From: Lingula anatina
Lineage: Eukaryota; Animalia; Brachiopoda
DNA length: 64,000 nt
Reading direction: 5' to 3'
Assembly: GCA_051362555.1 (NCBI GenBank)
Contig: CM120643.1
Coordinates: 12,436,644 to 12,500,643, forward strand
In this document: positions 1 through 13,944 of the stretch, piece by piece
Layout of the letters: each line of letters starts with the position of its first letter
Position numbering within the stretch: position 1 is the first letter of the stretch
Program-made: the position numbers and the translations under genes
Notes under the pieces: model-generated
The model's database searches: none
What the model saw: the letters and a program-made list of their open reading frames with translations, nothing else
Told to the model about the DNA's origin: nothing

Positions 1-907
1 TACACCGCTTCTCTCATGGCCTACATAATTGATAAGTTCTATGTACAAGGACAGAAAATGACACTATATCCATTTGAGAATACACACAGAAGTTTTAATC
101 AAATGGAATAGGAATAGTCATGGGACACTCCCTTTCTGAAAGAGTGCAATTAATAATATAAATAGCGTCCCTTTTGGGTATGCTTTGTTTCACGTCATGC
201 ATCATGAGGACAGTCACCCAATTAAATTTAAGCCATAAATTTTTTTCCCTCATCTTCGAACCCATCTAGGATGTGATTAACGGTAAAATGACTGCTCCTC
301 CCTCTAGGGGGTATAAGTTCGTGTTTTAATCAGTTTGTGATTAGACGTATTTAGGCTTTGCTGAAAGCAGGCGGTTGATTACAAATCCCGTACGTACTTC
401 TTAGTCATCCGTCTTAAGCAAGCCTCCGACCTCAGAGATCACGTAAAGAAATAACGGTAGGTGGCAAGAAAAGCGTCTAAATTGAGTTCGAGATTAAATT
501 GACGAGAAATTGTCAGGTTTCTCCCCCCCCCCCCTTGTCATCATCATCAGCATGAACCCTAAAACATTAAAAACCATAACTTGATATTGACAGGATGAAG
601 AAGATTTGTACGTATGAAATCCCCCTAGCAGACACGCCATGTACTTGACATGAGCGGCCTGAAACAGGTCTCTAAGACTACTGGCAGAGGACCATTTCTT
701 GCAGCTACTCCCTTTCCATGGTTTCTCAAACTAATTTATGTAGCCAAATGTTCACAAGCACAACGAAGCTCGGTTTTTGCTCAAAATAAAAAAAGAAATA
801 AGTACATATGATTGATATTGTCATTTATTAAAATGACGAAATGTAATATGATACGAATGTACAAGATGGGGGATAATAACAACATATATAACTATAACTA
901 TAACAAT

Positions 908-1158
908 AACTAGAAAAGCACTCCGAGAGCGCAGACCTCCGCCAAGGCAGCAATTTTTTTTTTTATTATTATTGATTATTGATTGGTTATGGATCCAGAT
1001 CACCACCAAAAACAAAAGATCTGTTCCTTGGTCCACTTCTGACAGCTCCTGAAAATTTCATCAAAATCGGTCCATAACTTTTTGAGTTATGTTGATGACA
1101 GTCAAACAAACAAACAAACAAACAGGGGTGAAAACAAAACCTCCTTGGCGGAGGTAAT
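908..1158. mobile_element. Non-autonomous HINE/DINE-like (Helentron-associated) element
   Basis: Subterminal inverted repeat ACCTCCGCCAAGG (935-947) / CCTTGGCGGAGGT (1143-1155) with an internal (AAAC)n microsatellite. The family assignment is inferred from this layout. Confidence 0.6.
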
Positions 1159-4100
1159 TAAATGATTACACATACATCCCCCATGCAATAGAGCAAAAGT
1201 TGGCAAAACAATGGCGCAACACAAGTGCCTGATGCTTAGCCGGTTTTATTTGCGATTTTAACTAGAAAGTACAGAAAATCTTTAGGAACGGCAAATCCTC
1301 TGGCACAGGCAAAACAGCGCAGAATGAATGTCATTTCCCTCGAGAGAAAGCACTACTTAAGAAAACTATTAGATTTCTCTAGGGTGGCAAGATTAGTCTA
1401 CGAACATGTACATGTAACGAACTAGCTACCCATTCCCTAAAGCATGTTACGGCAGCAATGCATCTGCCCATTAACGGCCAGCAAAACGTCTGGTTCTTTT
1501 GTAGTGTTGGTTGTATGGCAGGAAACGTACAAGTAATACATAAAACTGAATAATAGTAAGTCTTTTAAAACGAGAATAACAGCTTACATTTTGGGTCTTT
1601 ACAGTAGGACAACGCGGGGTGTTCTAGCTTGTTTCTGATAGGATTTTTTTTAAGGTCAGGCATTGCAGCTGTCACGAAACGGCACTACTTCGTAACGCGG
1701 ACGCATTGAAAAGTCTCAAAATACGTCGTCATATTACCATATGTCTGAAAAATAAGTACAAACGAGGTCAATGTTTTCTTCACAGCTGAGCCGGCTCCAT
1801 CCTCAGACCCGGTTACCAGAACAAACTTTGTAAAGCTTCACAATCTTGTAGTAGCAATCTCGCGCCAGGTTCGGTCTATTCATTCACGCTACCAGGACTG
1901 ATGGATGATACTATAACACACAAAGTGTTGGCATCTGTTGTGTAACTCAATTAATGGTTGTATTTTGCCACCTGCTCCAGCAGATGTGTAATCTTAGAAC
2001 ATAATGAAATGAAATGTAATGTAACAGATGTAAAGACAGATTATACTCAATTTTCACATTGGCTGTGATCGGGTACTCGGATATAATCGCGTTGTTCTTC
2101 CTTGAAACAACATTTTCCCATATTACGATTGGTGTAAACTTAGCCAGATCTATTTACAGTAGGTTACCAAATACGTAACAGAGTTTTTAAAGCAAGAAGA
2201 AGCATCCACAAGTATTTTCAAACATTTAACCGCAGTGTTACCTGAATATAATATTTACGGTATGTTTTGGTCTTCGTGATATCCCTCCGGCAATGAAACC
2301 GAGGACAGTTCACCAATGGGCAATTCGTTCTCTTAAATGTTTCCATTAACTGTTTCATGGCAATTGTAACTAAGGCAATATACCCGTATATTAGGACTTG
2401 CATGCGTATAGACATACAAAATAGCATTTTATTAAATCTATTTAATCGACAGTGGATTGCCATTAGTAGCATCCCGAAGGTTTGGATTTTAATTTTTCCT
2501 TTTTCCCCAGCGCTCAGCAAATGCATTACTTCGACTGACAACCGCCGCGGGCTAGATACAAATTGATTGATGCTGAGTTTTGTGTACTAAGATTTTCTTT
2601 ATTTTTTTGCTCCCTCTCTCTCTCTCTCTCTCTCTTACGTTTTGTCAGCCAAAACAATTTGTCACATTCTTAATAAATTCAGATTTAAGCAGCAAATTAT
2701 TTCTGTATCTCAAACTACATTTCAAATGGGAAAATATGCAGTCGGATGATAGTTCTGTTCAATTTACCATAAGAACCCTCGGAATACAATGGTGATGTGT
2801 GAAGTCAGTTGGGTCAAAATCATCGAAGATATGAGAAAAGACAAAGGCGTTGTTAACAAGGGTCGTCTTCACGTTTAATCTTTCTGTCTGTTTTGCTGCA
2901 GCGGTGTATGCATTCACAAAATAACTCAGTTTTGCTTAAATTGATTTTCCGCCTGACAACCAAACGAAACAAGCGGGGACGTTTTTTCCCCCGAAAGCTA
3001 CATGTATTACTGATATCTGCATGTTCGTTGACATTAATTAAACCTAGCGTAACAGTAAATCATCTAATCCTAGGGGTATCCTTCACAGCATAAGCAGCAC
3101 TCCCCAAAAGACCAATCAGTTACTTAAGTGCACGTTTTAAACCCCAACATTCGGCCCTCGACGAAAATATAGATACCATCATCGCTGAGGATATCGATTT
3201 ACGAACGATTTTCTGGGACACCCGAGACTCAATATTTTCTGTCTAGGTGGAGGCGTTCGGTGTATCCGCACGAGAGCATGAAATCTTTTGTTTTAAGCTT
3301 TTAAAGACCTTTCGTTTGGGCGAATAAGATCTTTGCATTAGACGATAAAGGGGGGTTAAAGTAATCATACATGTAGGCTTACAAATTCTGCAGATTGTTT
3401 AGAGACTTCCTCTATACTTCGTTAATGACATTGTAACATACACGTGCTGTATATTGTAATTTTACATACATAACATATTCATGTCATATTCGTGACAACT
3501 CAAAGGATCACACCATTTATGAATATTTAAGTTACAACTGTCCTAGAATGTAAATATATAAATTAATGGCAATCACGAAATCACTTTTTTTTTCAAAAAA
3601 AAAAAAAAAGAATCAAAATTGATACGGCATTTTAATTAGCAAAACGAACCTAATAATCTGCCTTCACAATCATAATATGAAACTAGGGGGAAGTTTGTTT
3701 TTTTTTTCATTTTGCAATATCCAGATCTAGATTTAAGTCTCCCTCCTTACTGAATATGAGTTAATGTTAAAACTAACTTTGCCTACTCCAAAGATGCAGG
3801 CTTATACTTTTGTCCGTATTGTTCCTTTTCAAGCCAATTTTACATCGTAAGTGCAACACGACACAAAGAAAGTAAGCAATCGCTCTCTCCCCTGCACGCC
3901 CAAATCGACGCTCAGATAAAAATATACATTTCCACTAAACTGTCATCCACACCTTGGTCGTAATAGGTCAGATCTAGCCCAGAAAATAAATGTGACTCTC
4001 GAGAGTATTAGTTTGAGGGACATAAAACCGTTACTTCAATTCAGTTTTGAAATCTATCTTACGGGAGTCCATGCAATGTTCGATCCATTAACTGTCTAAA

Positions 4101-4574
4101 AAGGATCCGATGCTTTGTTTGCCAACATATATTCGGCCGGTTTACCTGTTAAAATTACGATGCTGCTTCGAATTCTGCACTGAAAGACTACAACCTATAT
4201 ATCCACGTAAACAGACTTCTTGATTTTGTTTCGACCATTGTCTTTTGTACAAACTTTAACTATTCTATTTTCACAAAATAGCTGGGAAGCGTGACATGGT
4301 AAAAACTATATTTGGTTGCTTTTTGGTTCATCATCGATGAAAACTAATAACTCCTTTGAAAAGTTCAAATAGAAGAGGTAAACAATATAATTTTCAGCTT
4401 TAGTTTTTCATATTGAAATAAAAAAAGGCGGCATATAGCCTTTTTAAAGAGGTTTGATTCACTGTCACCACGTAAACCTTTGAGATGGCCCCTAAATGAA
4501 AGTGGCAACTGGAGAAGGACCATAGAGTGCCCTTAAAACAACATCATCCATCCCCCAAATGACTGCCCAATCTA

Positions 4575-4791
4575 AGACTGCATCCCCATAGATTTAGATC
4601 GATTCATCTAGATCGACTTAACTCCCTGGGGGTTTACGCTAAATTGCTGTCAGCCGAGCGCGCACGACAGTTAATTACCCCCTTGCAGCTTTTAGTAGGC
4701 GGGACAGACGCTTAAGGCGGCTAAGCTGACAGTAATCTAGTGAGACTCCCCACAGGGATAGATCGATCTAAAATCTGAGGGAATGGGGTCT
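4575..4791. mobile_element. Degenerate palindromic MITE
   Basis: Imperfect long inverted repeat: agactgcatccccatagatttagatcgat ... atcgatctaaaatctgagggaatggggtct, with inner arms ttgctgtcagc / gctgacagtaa. Confidence 0.55.
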
Positions 4792-5739
4792 AAAAGACCG
4801 AAGCTTTTAGCATTTCCGTTGTAGACTCCGGCAGTTACCCGATAAGTTTCAGATAATAAAGATCAAACCATCATCCGATATTTCGATTTCCTACACGTCA
4901 GATATAATAGCAAACTTGAAACAGATAAGCCGGTTAATTATCCCTTTGGACAAGAAGATTCCTTCATTAAAGAAAATCAAACCATTGTTAACACATAGCT
5001 TCCGTAGTTATAAAAGAGACCAATCCTTATATATCAGGTCATCTGGATTTTTCAGCCGCTTGCCTGGCTAGATGTTTTTGAAAAAAATATGTTCAGTCTA
5101 AAAGTCTATTAGGTGTTTCAGCATCTTGATAACCAGCTGTATCCCGAGCCATTAATTTAAATAAGCTTGCTCACACAGCCTTAAGCACCAATGTGCTATT
5201 ACAAGAGAGATGAGCCGACTTAAGACAGATACAAAGGCCGCTTTTAAACAATTACCATCGTAGTCGACTGCAGCCCACGCTGCACGATCAAGTAAATTTC
5301 CCCTTTGTCTTCCTTTCATACAAAATTGAATGACGCCTGTACATCCCGAGTATCCATCAATTAGTTCAAATGGTATCGGATAACGATAATATGATACGGA
5401 ATCTGCATTGCATTACATGAAACAGTTGACATATGAGTCTTCAACTTACGAGATGCTATTCGAAACCTCATGTGGTCTTGTTTCAATGTCGTTTGACCAC
5501 ATTAGTTTGGTAAATTGAGAAATTTGTGAAAGATTTGAGTAATCTGAGGTGTGTAAGTCATGGCGTTGTCAAGGTCTCTTGTCATGGCTCAGTCATTGGG
5601 TGAGGTGAGGACGGATGCCAATTTATTCGGGACGTGCGCCCTATGCTGGCAACATTCGTCATTAAGTAATCTTATCACTGTTCTAATAAAGAACAAAGAA
5701 AAGAATGAAATAGAATTATCAAAACAGTAACAAAATAAT

Positions 5740-5840
5740 TATTTAGCACAAGCCGAAAATATTTCCATACCGTTAGCTTGCGGCCAACCCTACCGTAGAC
5801 AAGCAAACGGTATGAATATATTTTCAGCTTGTGTTGAATA
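5740..5840. repeat. About 40-bp-stem hairpin / inverted repeat
   Basis: tatttagcacaagccgaaaatatttccataccgttagcttg pairs with caagcaaacggtatgaatatattttcagcttgtgttgaata. Confidence 0.7.
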
Positions 5841-7755
5841 TTTATCATCTAGGATCAAACTACTAAGCTGTTGTACGTTTTTGCTCAGTTACAAAATAGC
5901 CTACAGTATATCTTTTATTATATATTAAGATATTTTATTTGAACATGGCCCGCAAAATTATATATGACACCATTCATAAATTCCAATGTGAAGGTAATAT
6001 TTGTCAATAAACGTACTTTGAAAAAAGGTTTATAATTTCCAGAAGTATTTCAAAATAAGCAAGTTCAATTTTGGATTGGATAGTCGACCTAAAGTGCATG
6101 TTGATTATGGCCAGACTTATAAAAAATTCAGCCGTTAATGTCAATGCAATATGCTATTTTATCTATCACTACAGATTCCAGTAAAGAAGGAAATTGCCAA
6201 AAATAGTTTCTCTTTAAGGCCTCAACCCTCAAGAGAATATCTCCGAGTTATGCCTTCTACAACTAGGTTTTAATCATATTCCCCTTTTTCCTGTGAACGT
6301 TCAACAGGATGAAATACCGTACACTGAACAGACAGATGTGCCGTTGATGGCAAAAGTGAAATATTTGGATCGAGCAAAGATGGTACGCTTTTTCTCTGTT
6401 TCTTTTATCATCTTCTGAAAACTCGGTTCGTCACACTGCTATAAATATCTCCCATATATTCATATCTTCAATCTTGATTAAGATACATGTACGCACATCC
6501 AAATGATCACGCATGCAGTGAGAGCAACCCAATACGCCTTTTGTCATGCTTATTTCACTAATATGTTACTAATACGTCCTCTTATGGCATTGCAAATAAG
6601 ATACATCAACTTTAATTTGCAATGTCTGACAACGGAATTCCCAATTACCATTCAGGTAAAGAAAAATGGCGAAGTTCGTAAATATTTTGAGGAATATTTT
6701 TTTCTGTCCATTTGTGTTTGGTTCCATCGACTTTTTCATGGTAAGTTGGGCGATTAGTGTCAATATATATGATTAACGTACTTAATTGCTTAACAAGGTC
6801 AGCTTTGATATTAAAGATTGGATAGGTTTGCGAGCGAGCATGAAATAGAGAAATGTAGAAGCTTTTGCTCTCGAAACGCAATCTTCGGATTTATCAAAAA
6901 AGAGAGTAAATTAAATTGCATCAGTATTGCGTTTCATCCGAACAACCTGTCAATCGAGAATAAGAACAATGATTGATTAAGGTAGAAACTGGATTAAGTT
7001 ACTAGGCTTTAGCGTATTTTTTTTAGAAACATGTCAGTGAACATGGAAAATGCATTGAGCATTTTGCAGTGTCTATTTCATTAAACATATCGATATATTG
7101 TTCAGTTTCTGTTGAGGAAAACATATTACAACCCAGCCAGATATCCACGTGTAGGTGCAAGCTGGAACAGCTGTTTTTGTTGTGGGTTAAGGTTTAGCCG
7201 AAAATTCCGCATCGTTCCCAAATTGGTTCTTTTTGGCCCAATTAGGGTCCACGTGCTAACCACGTGGAAAGTCACTATGGAAATCCAAATCTAGTACCCT
7301 TACGAAACCCATGTTGAATCCCCAGTCAACCTATTTAAAGCCCATGCGGAACCCATGGATATCCCAACAAAGCAAGTATGTTGCAGAGTCGCGATAGACC
7401 TGTAGTCACAGAATTGAAGACCCGTGTGGACACGCTTTTAGTGATAACGACATTCTCATTCACGCAACGTGTGGCGCTTTTTTACTATGATTCTACCAAC
7501 TCTACGACATCTGTAACAAGCAATATAGTTTAAACTCTTCTAAAAATTTACAATGAAACAAAATATTGTTTTATCGCCAATATGTTATCCCGCTGTAACT
7601 ATTAGATTCCACCTTGCCTACATTTCCATTTGCCAAGGTACTTAAGGGAGGAGTCGAAGCGCAAATAAACTAGCCAAAGAGACATCTCGCAGAAAAGCTA
7701 TAGTGAATATCAATTTAAGTCGTTAAATACTTGTGCATAGAAGTGCATAGAATAG

Positions 7756-7898
7756 AACTATAGAATAGCCGGGATTTTTTAATTATGTGGCTACCACTCA
7801 ATAGGCATGTTCTAATTTTAAGTAATTGTGACTTATAAAAAACAGTATCTGTAAAATCCACAATATTCTCCCATTGAAAAGATCGAGTATTTACCGTA
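7756..7898. mobile_element. Partial copy of the MITE at 61899-62145
   Basis: Shares ttgtgactta...acagtatctgtaaaatccacaatat...gaaaagatcgagta..ccgta with the right half of the 61899-62145 element. Confidence 0.7.
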
Positions 7899-8886
7899 TA
7901 TTTGACCATCTCTAGAGACCCTATAAGGAATTACAGACGTCTAAACAATGGCAGACACATCAACGTTCATTCAATTCTTTCTTGGAAACAACGGGATCTG
8001 CGGAAGTTTCCAGCACTAAGTAGTACAGTAAGAACAATTAAATTTAGACCAGAGGCCGGTCTTGTGTTTTCACAGAGCATAGAAGCTATTGACTGCATGA
8101 ATTTACGCAAGGTTCACAGTATGTGGACAGATCTGGTGTCTATAACTGGTCAAACATGCTTGACGGCAAGGTTGGATCAAATATGATGAACATTCTTCAG
8201 TCAAAGGGCAGGATTTAAACTATTCAGAGTAATGTGCAATGAGATAAGACTTGACCTGGCATGTTGATCAACGCACAATGTAAGTAAAACGTACAATGAC
8301 CAACGTACAATGTATGTAAAAATAAATACTTAAACCACTGACGTTACTCAACCAATCAGCCATTCATAATAAAAACCGCTGTAGATGAAAAAACAGGCAA
8401 CTATAATATATCGCTAAGGTAGTGGAAAACACCGGTAATACCCATCAACGCGTGTGGTAATTAGACAGGCCTTAAACAGCATTTGAATGACGTGTGACAC
8501 CAGATGAACCATATTCGTTATTATTCAAAGGTCACATATCAAAACTGGTATAGAGCCATTCGAAAGAAGGACAGCAAACATGCTCAATCCCGAGTCCCTT
8601 TATAGGGATAACAACAGGAAAGTGATAATTACGGAGGAAAGAGATGAAAAATGTCCCTGGCATCATGTCAATAGACAGGCAGCAGGTGCGTGGAATCCTA
8701 TCGCAATGACAGTAATGGTCGGCATAATTGAGAAAAAAATAATCTATCAAGGTCTTTTTGCACGGTGGTTATTAACATAGGTGACAACATGTTAACAAAA
8801 CTGTCAAGCTACCGACAAGATACTGAAATATATTTGTCGATTGGCGAAGTACTAGTTATCACTGCTATGATCTCAGTATTGTTATA

Positions 8887-10055
8887 TACTCCCCTAGCAA
8901 AAAAATATGTCATCCTTAAGCATAAATGTATATTGCTACAAGGGCATCTAAAGATTTAATCTTACTATAACATAACAACTAGTCAATCGGCCATCGCGTA
9001 AAATGAAGATGTGAATAGGAGGACATTGACGTACCTAGTGTGGCCATTGAACACCAATTATATTTTAATATGCCTCCGTTAAGTGAGAAGGGTACATATT
9101 TTTTACCAAGCGGTTGACATAGGAGGGCGTTTTGTCCGCCGAATTGCCAGAAGGGTGGGTTGTTCCATGAAAACCATTCAGGGGGCTAGACAACATTATC
9201 ACCAAACAGGAACGTGGTCTAGAATGCCTGGGTAAGGCAGACCGAAGAAAACTACACCCAGAAAATAGAGAATGTTAACACACCTTCTTCGTAGAAAACG
9301 TTTCATGACATTTACGAGCTTGACTGCAACATTAAACGAGAACAAGGCAAGCCATGTTTACCCCAGCCAACAACTGGGCAGTTATACTGGCCTAAGGTGA
9401 AATCTGGTTCAGCTTTATCAAAAACAGTTACAAAAAAGTATTGTGGTGTATTGGTTACCACTGTGTTGGTAGGTACAGGTAGTGGTCAACGGGAACTTTA
9501 ACGCAGAGCAGTGCATCCATGTCCTGGAAAGGGACTTAAGGGAACATCTTTGGGGACTGTGACCACCCGGTTATATATATGTTTTTGCATTATAATGCTT
9601 CTCCACGTACGACCAATGCAGCAGTAGACTGGCTCACGCAAACCAGCTCCAGACCACCCCCTATTGCCAGCTTAATCCCTAGATCAGAACCTCAGTGAGA
9701 ATGTGTAGGATATATGGGCAAATTAGGGATATAGCCCTGCAAACAAAAATGATCTCATACTATCTTTGCACCGTATGTGGAACCCCGTCACTACGTAAAC
9801 GTTACAGAACTTTTTGACTCTACGCACATACGCGTCAGGAGCATCCTGCAAACAAGAGGATAATGTGCAAAATACTAAATTTTGGCTTTTATTTTTTTAC
9901 TGTGGTTAGATTATTCATTGGTTGTACAATCAGTAAAATTTTGTGAAAAACAATCTTTCAGAATTTGAATAAAAAACACTGGTTTATGACATGGTTTTCT
10001 GTATGACTAAATAAGCATTGAATTGGGGGTGACTTTCTTTTTTGCTAGGGGAGTA
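8887..10055 (+). mobile_element. Tc1/mariner-superfamily DNA transposon fossil (dead transposase)
   Basis: TIRs TACTCCCCTAGCAAAAAA / TTTTTTGCTAGGGGAGTA flanked by TA. Decayed motifs LHYNASP (QHDNAxPH-like, about 9586) and LPA*SLDQNLSENV* (WPxxSPDLNPIENVW-like, about 9664). Confidence 0.85.
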
Positions 10056-11358
10056 TAATACCAATTTTCTGGGAGAAAGCAAGTCAGACTGGGTGAACCC
10101 AGCTCCTACCCTGGCAGACACACATTATTTGTGCATGCACGTCTATTGTGGGAGGCTGCAGTCTGATCGAAATTAAGGTTCAATCTTAAAAGTATTGAAA
10201 TTTGCTCTCCATTATCTCTACGTTACATATTATACCGTGCCAACCAGCTGGTTGCCATTCAACTAACGATAATTGGGTAAAATTGTCTGCATGTTTGTTT
10301 TGACAGATATTTCAACACCGTCAGATGTCTGTGTGTGTTAAAAAGAAAGTTTTCGTTGGTTCTTGATTAATGCAGTATTCCACCTGTGACGAAATTAATT
10401 GTTTTCGCATGCAGAACAAGTTTTCTAACATCGGCATCTTAGCCTGAAGCTTTATGCTTTATGTTCCTAGCATGGTGCACTGATATACTTGAAGTTATGA
10501 TTGAGACTAGATGACAATTGTATAACTCGGGTGTTTCAAATAGACGGGGAAACTTTCCATTCTACTTCATCTTAGAAGCTCTAACAACGACCCCTTTTGC
10601 GTTTTTATTTCTTTGGCTGACGTTTGCACCGAATTTCTTAAATTAAAGCAGACGTTATCAAAAAGTCGCTGAATTCTAATACCCATGCGCCTCATTAAGA
10701 TAATACCAATAACATGGGCAAAAAAAATCTTGCAAATCTCTTCGAAACAGCAGCCAGATTTACACACCAGACACTCATTTTTCCTCTTATCACAGAAGTA
10801 ATCTTGAGTTGCCAATCAAACATATAAAAACTTACTCTTTTTCCTAAACAAATCAGTAGTCGGGTAAACCATCGACAGAAACAACACCTGGCAGGTGAGA
10901 TTTCAGCTGTCTGAACCCGGCGGTCAAATGATACAAACATCAAAGACAACTTACCATTGGAGACCTCATGCGAACAGGAATTCCACCAGTCGCTCTTTAG
11001 AATGCGGAACCAAACTGAGTGATCTGTGCGAAGATAGTCTGAATTTAGAAAGAGAGCTGGGTATGCCTGGTGCTTCTGTGAAAAATAAAACAACTGCCGC
11101 GGTGCATATTTCCTAGATACCTGTGCTAGACCATGCCATGAGTACTTTTTGCTTCTAAGCCTTAGATCGAAGATATAGGCCTACCTTATATACCCGGCAG
11201 CTAAGACGATAATTATAACAATCGACGTCATTCGGCAAAACAGCCTCTTGTATTGGCTGCACCCGGTGACAAGAAAAGCTTTGTCATTTGTATTTCTTTG
11301 AAATATCTAATTAAATCATGGCCGCCCTCGCACTATTCTAAAGAATTGTGATATTCGT

Positions 11359-11361
<3 letters not shown>

Positions 11362-11395
<34 letters not shown>
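11362..11395. repeat. (CA)n microsatellite
   Basis: Direct observation. Confidence 0.95.
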
Positions 11396-11397
<2 letters not shown>

Positions 11398-11839
11398 AGG
11401 TAAAAAATAATTCAATCAAAATGCTACTCGAAAAAACAAAAAAAAATCACATCTGCATGCTCATCAATAACCATATCTTACGGGAGTGTAGGTCTTTCTT
11501 CGGTTTGTCTGGCATTTAATTAGTACTGGGAAAAGGCCCGTTTCCGCTAAATAACTTCCGTTAGTACAGTGGCTAATCACAGCGGCCAGCGGGATTGGAG
11601 GACATCCGTGAAAAAAGGGTTTGAACTGTGAATGCCGCATAAAATCACGTGAGAAATATAAGTTTATAGTTTATTCATTGTAACGTATGCATCCACCTGG
11701 GTGGATGAAAATGACGATATAAATGTAATGAGTATGCTATTAACCAATTATAACATGTATGGCAACTCCTCACTTACTAAAGACAATTGTTTAAGCCAAG
11801 TTACTATTACTACTACTCAACTGCCGATAGGTGCAGCAC

Positions 11840-11990
11840 TGTCTTTTAGATCCCTCCTAGCAAAAGCAAAGGAGAGATACTGACCTAATGCAATGAGGGT
11901 TACTTCCTCTTGGGATTTCATAATGGCAGTAAACTTTTCACCAATTGTTCTGAGGCCAAAGTTTGTGTAATGCTTTGTAAATATCTGATA
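11840..11990 (-). mobile_element. 3' fragment of a non-LTR retrotransposon ORF2
   Basis: Minus frame reads EKFTAIMKSQEEVTLIALGQYLSFAFARR, resembling LINE ORF2 C-termini, and is followed by a simple-repeat tail. Confidence 0.45.
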
Positions 11991-13038
11991 CAATTAATGT
12001 GGCAGTTATACCTGGTATATGTGTACCAGACAAATTACCCCAACGGTAATTCACATCGAAACTTAATCTTGTGATTACTGAAACATTATGAACTATTCAA
12101 AACGGCCACGCGTTACTTCAGTGCCTTACCGCTCTGTGAGCAAGATTTGTATGCCGCCTCTTGCCCTAGGGAAATTGCAATGAAAGCGAGATGTCCCCAA
12201 CCTCATGTTCCACGAAAACCTACTAAGCGTTAGTTATCAACGGACCATTATCTACGATTAATTAAATCAACTACTCTGTCCCCTGCGTGCTGATTGTATA
12301 AAACTCTTAAGCGCTAAAAGTGCAATATATACCCCTTATCCTAAATCATACTCTATATTTTTTTTAAATACAGAGTTTACCCAACGTTGTTAATATTAAT
12401 TAAAGTTCTGTGCATAAACACGGATGTTAAATGTCGATTGCTGCTATTTAATGCTGCAAAATACTCCCATCAAATCGGATTTTAAAGACGATCTCAATAT
12501 TTCCCCCCTCACGCCCAAAGCCAACTTGAATCTTTCCAAACAGTGCATCAAAACGCATCTGCTGAATCAATTTGTAAAGTCCGTTCAATTTGAACGAATT
12601 AAATGCGACGTCCTAACAGTAGGAGTCTGAGTGCGATCTCGAATTTATAACTTTATTTCTACAGCAGACGCATTTTGATGCTTTAATGTGGTACGTACAG
12701 TTCATCTAGTACATAATTCAGTTTGTTTCGAATTGAATAAAAATCCACAGACGTATTTTGTTGAAGTAGTTGCTAATTTTAATTACACCTTAAAGTATAT
12801 GAAAGAAACGACAAAAAAAAAAAAAAAAAAAAAAAAAGACCTACGGAAGGCATTTATGTTACAAACGCAGTTTATGCTACTTATAAAACCCTACTAAAAC
12901 GCTGTCGGTGACAAATCAGGCTTAAGAGAGCCGAGTTGCGTTATATTTATGAATACTGAATGGTTTTATAAAGAAGAAATATCTTTGACAAAGTTAAATC
13001 GAGATAGATGCATAAAAGGTGTTTGAAAAAACATTATG

Positions 13039-13944
13039 GGGCCAGTTTATTAAGGACGTTTATTTAGCACTAACCAGCGTTTAAATCCACCATTTTAAGT
13101 ATATGATTCTTATGCGTGTTACATAGAGGACGTTTAGCACTAACCAGCGTTTAAATCCACCATTTTAAGTATATGATTCTTATGCGTGTTACATAGAGGA
13201 CGTTTAGCACTAACCAGCGTTTAAATCCACCATTTTAAGTATATGATTCTTATGCGTGTTACATAGAGGGCATTCAGCACTAACCAGCGGTCAGTTAAAT
13301 TTATACGTTCCAAGGAGGTGATTTAATTTTAATAAACATCATATAAAAATGGCAAATCTTTTAGGCTTGTCAGGAATCCTCAAAGATACACGTACGTACA
13401 CGTCAGAAGAAATACTTTCAATTTTGATACATCAGCTGATCAGGGAATTCAATGCGACATTTGGGAAATCCTCCACATGACGATTTTGCTCCAGAAACTG
13501 TTAAAAATCATTCCTTGAGTGTTAGGGAGCAGATTTTTATTACTCTTATTTAGTTGCCACTGCATCATTTTTGTAAGTGATGGGGACACTAATGGTGCGC
13601 GTAAAGAAACGATTGAGTTTTCTTGGTCTCTTTACTCTTTGACCTTCTATATCAAAGACTATGTGCAGGCCATAAAAAGAAGATGAATCAATATTTTATT
13701 TTGTTCAAAGTAACACTATGCATTCTCGGAAATTTCAGTTCCAAATATGGTCTGGATAAGCTGTTTATAGCAACTGACCACTGGTTAAAATGTTAAAACG
13801 ATATTTAGCTAACCAACTGTATAACTGTCCTTTACGTTACAATACAATTTTCAACGTGTTTAGTTAACCGGCGTTTAGAGAATGTATCTACCGATAAGGC
13901 AAGAAACGCCGGTTGGTGCTGAAAGCCCTTTATAAAACTGGGGC
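13039..13944. mobile_element. Non-autonomous PIF/Harbinger-like DNA transposon
   Basis: Imperfect TIRs gggccagtttattaaggacg..tagcactaaccagcgttt / aaacgccggttggtgctgaaagccctttataaaactggggc; the right flank is CTG. Confidence 0.55.
13064..13289. repeat. 70-bp tandem repeat, 3 full copies plus a partial copy
   Basis: ttagcactaaccagcgtttaaatccacc... recurs at 13064, 13134, 13204 and 13274; the copies are nearly identical. Confidence 0.95.
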
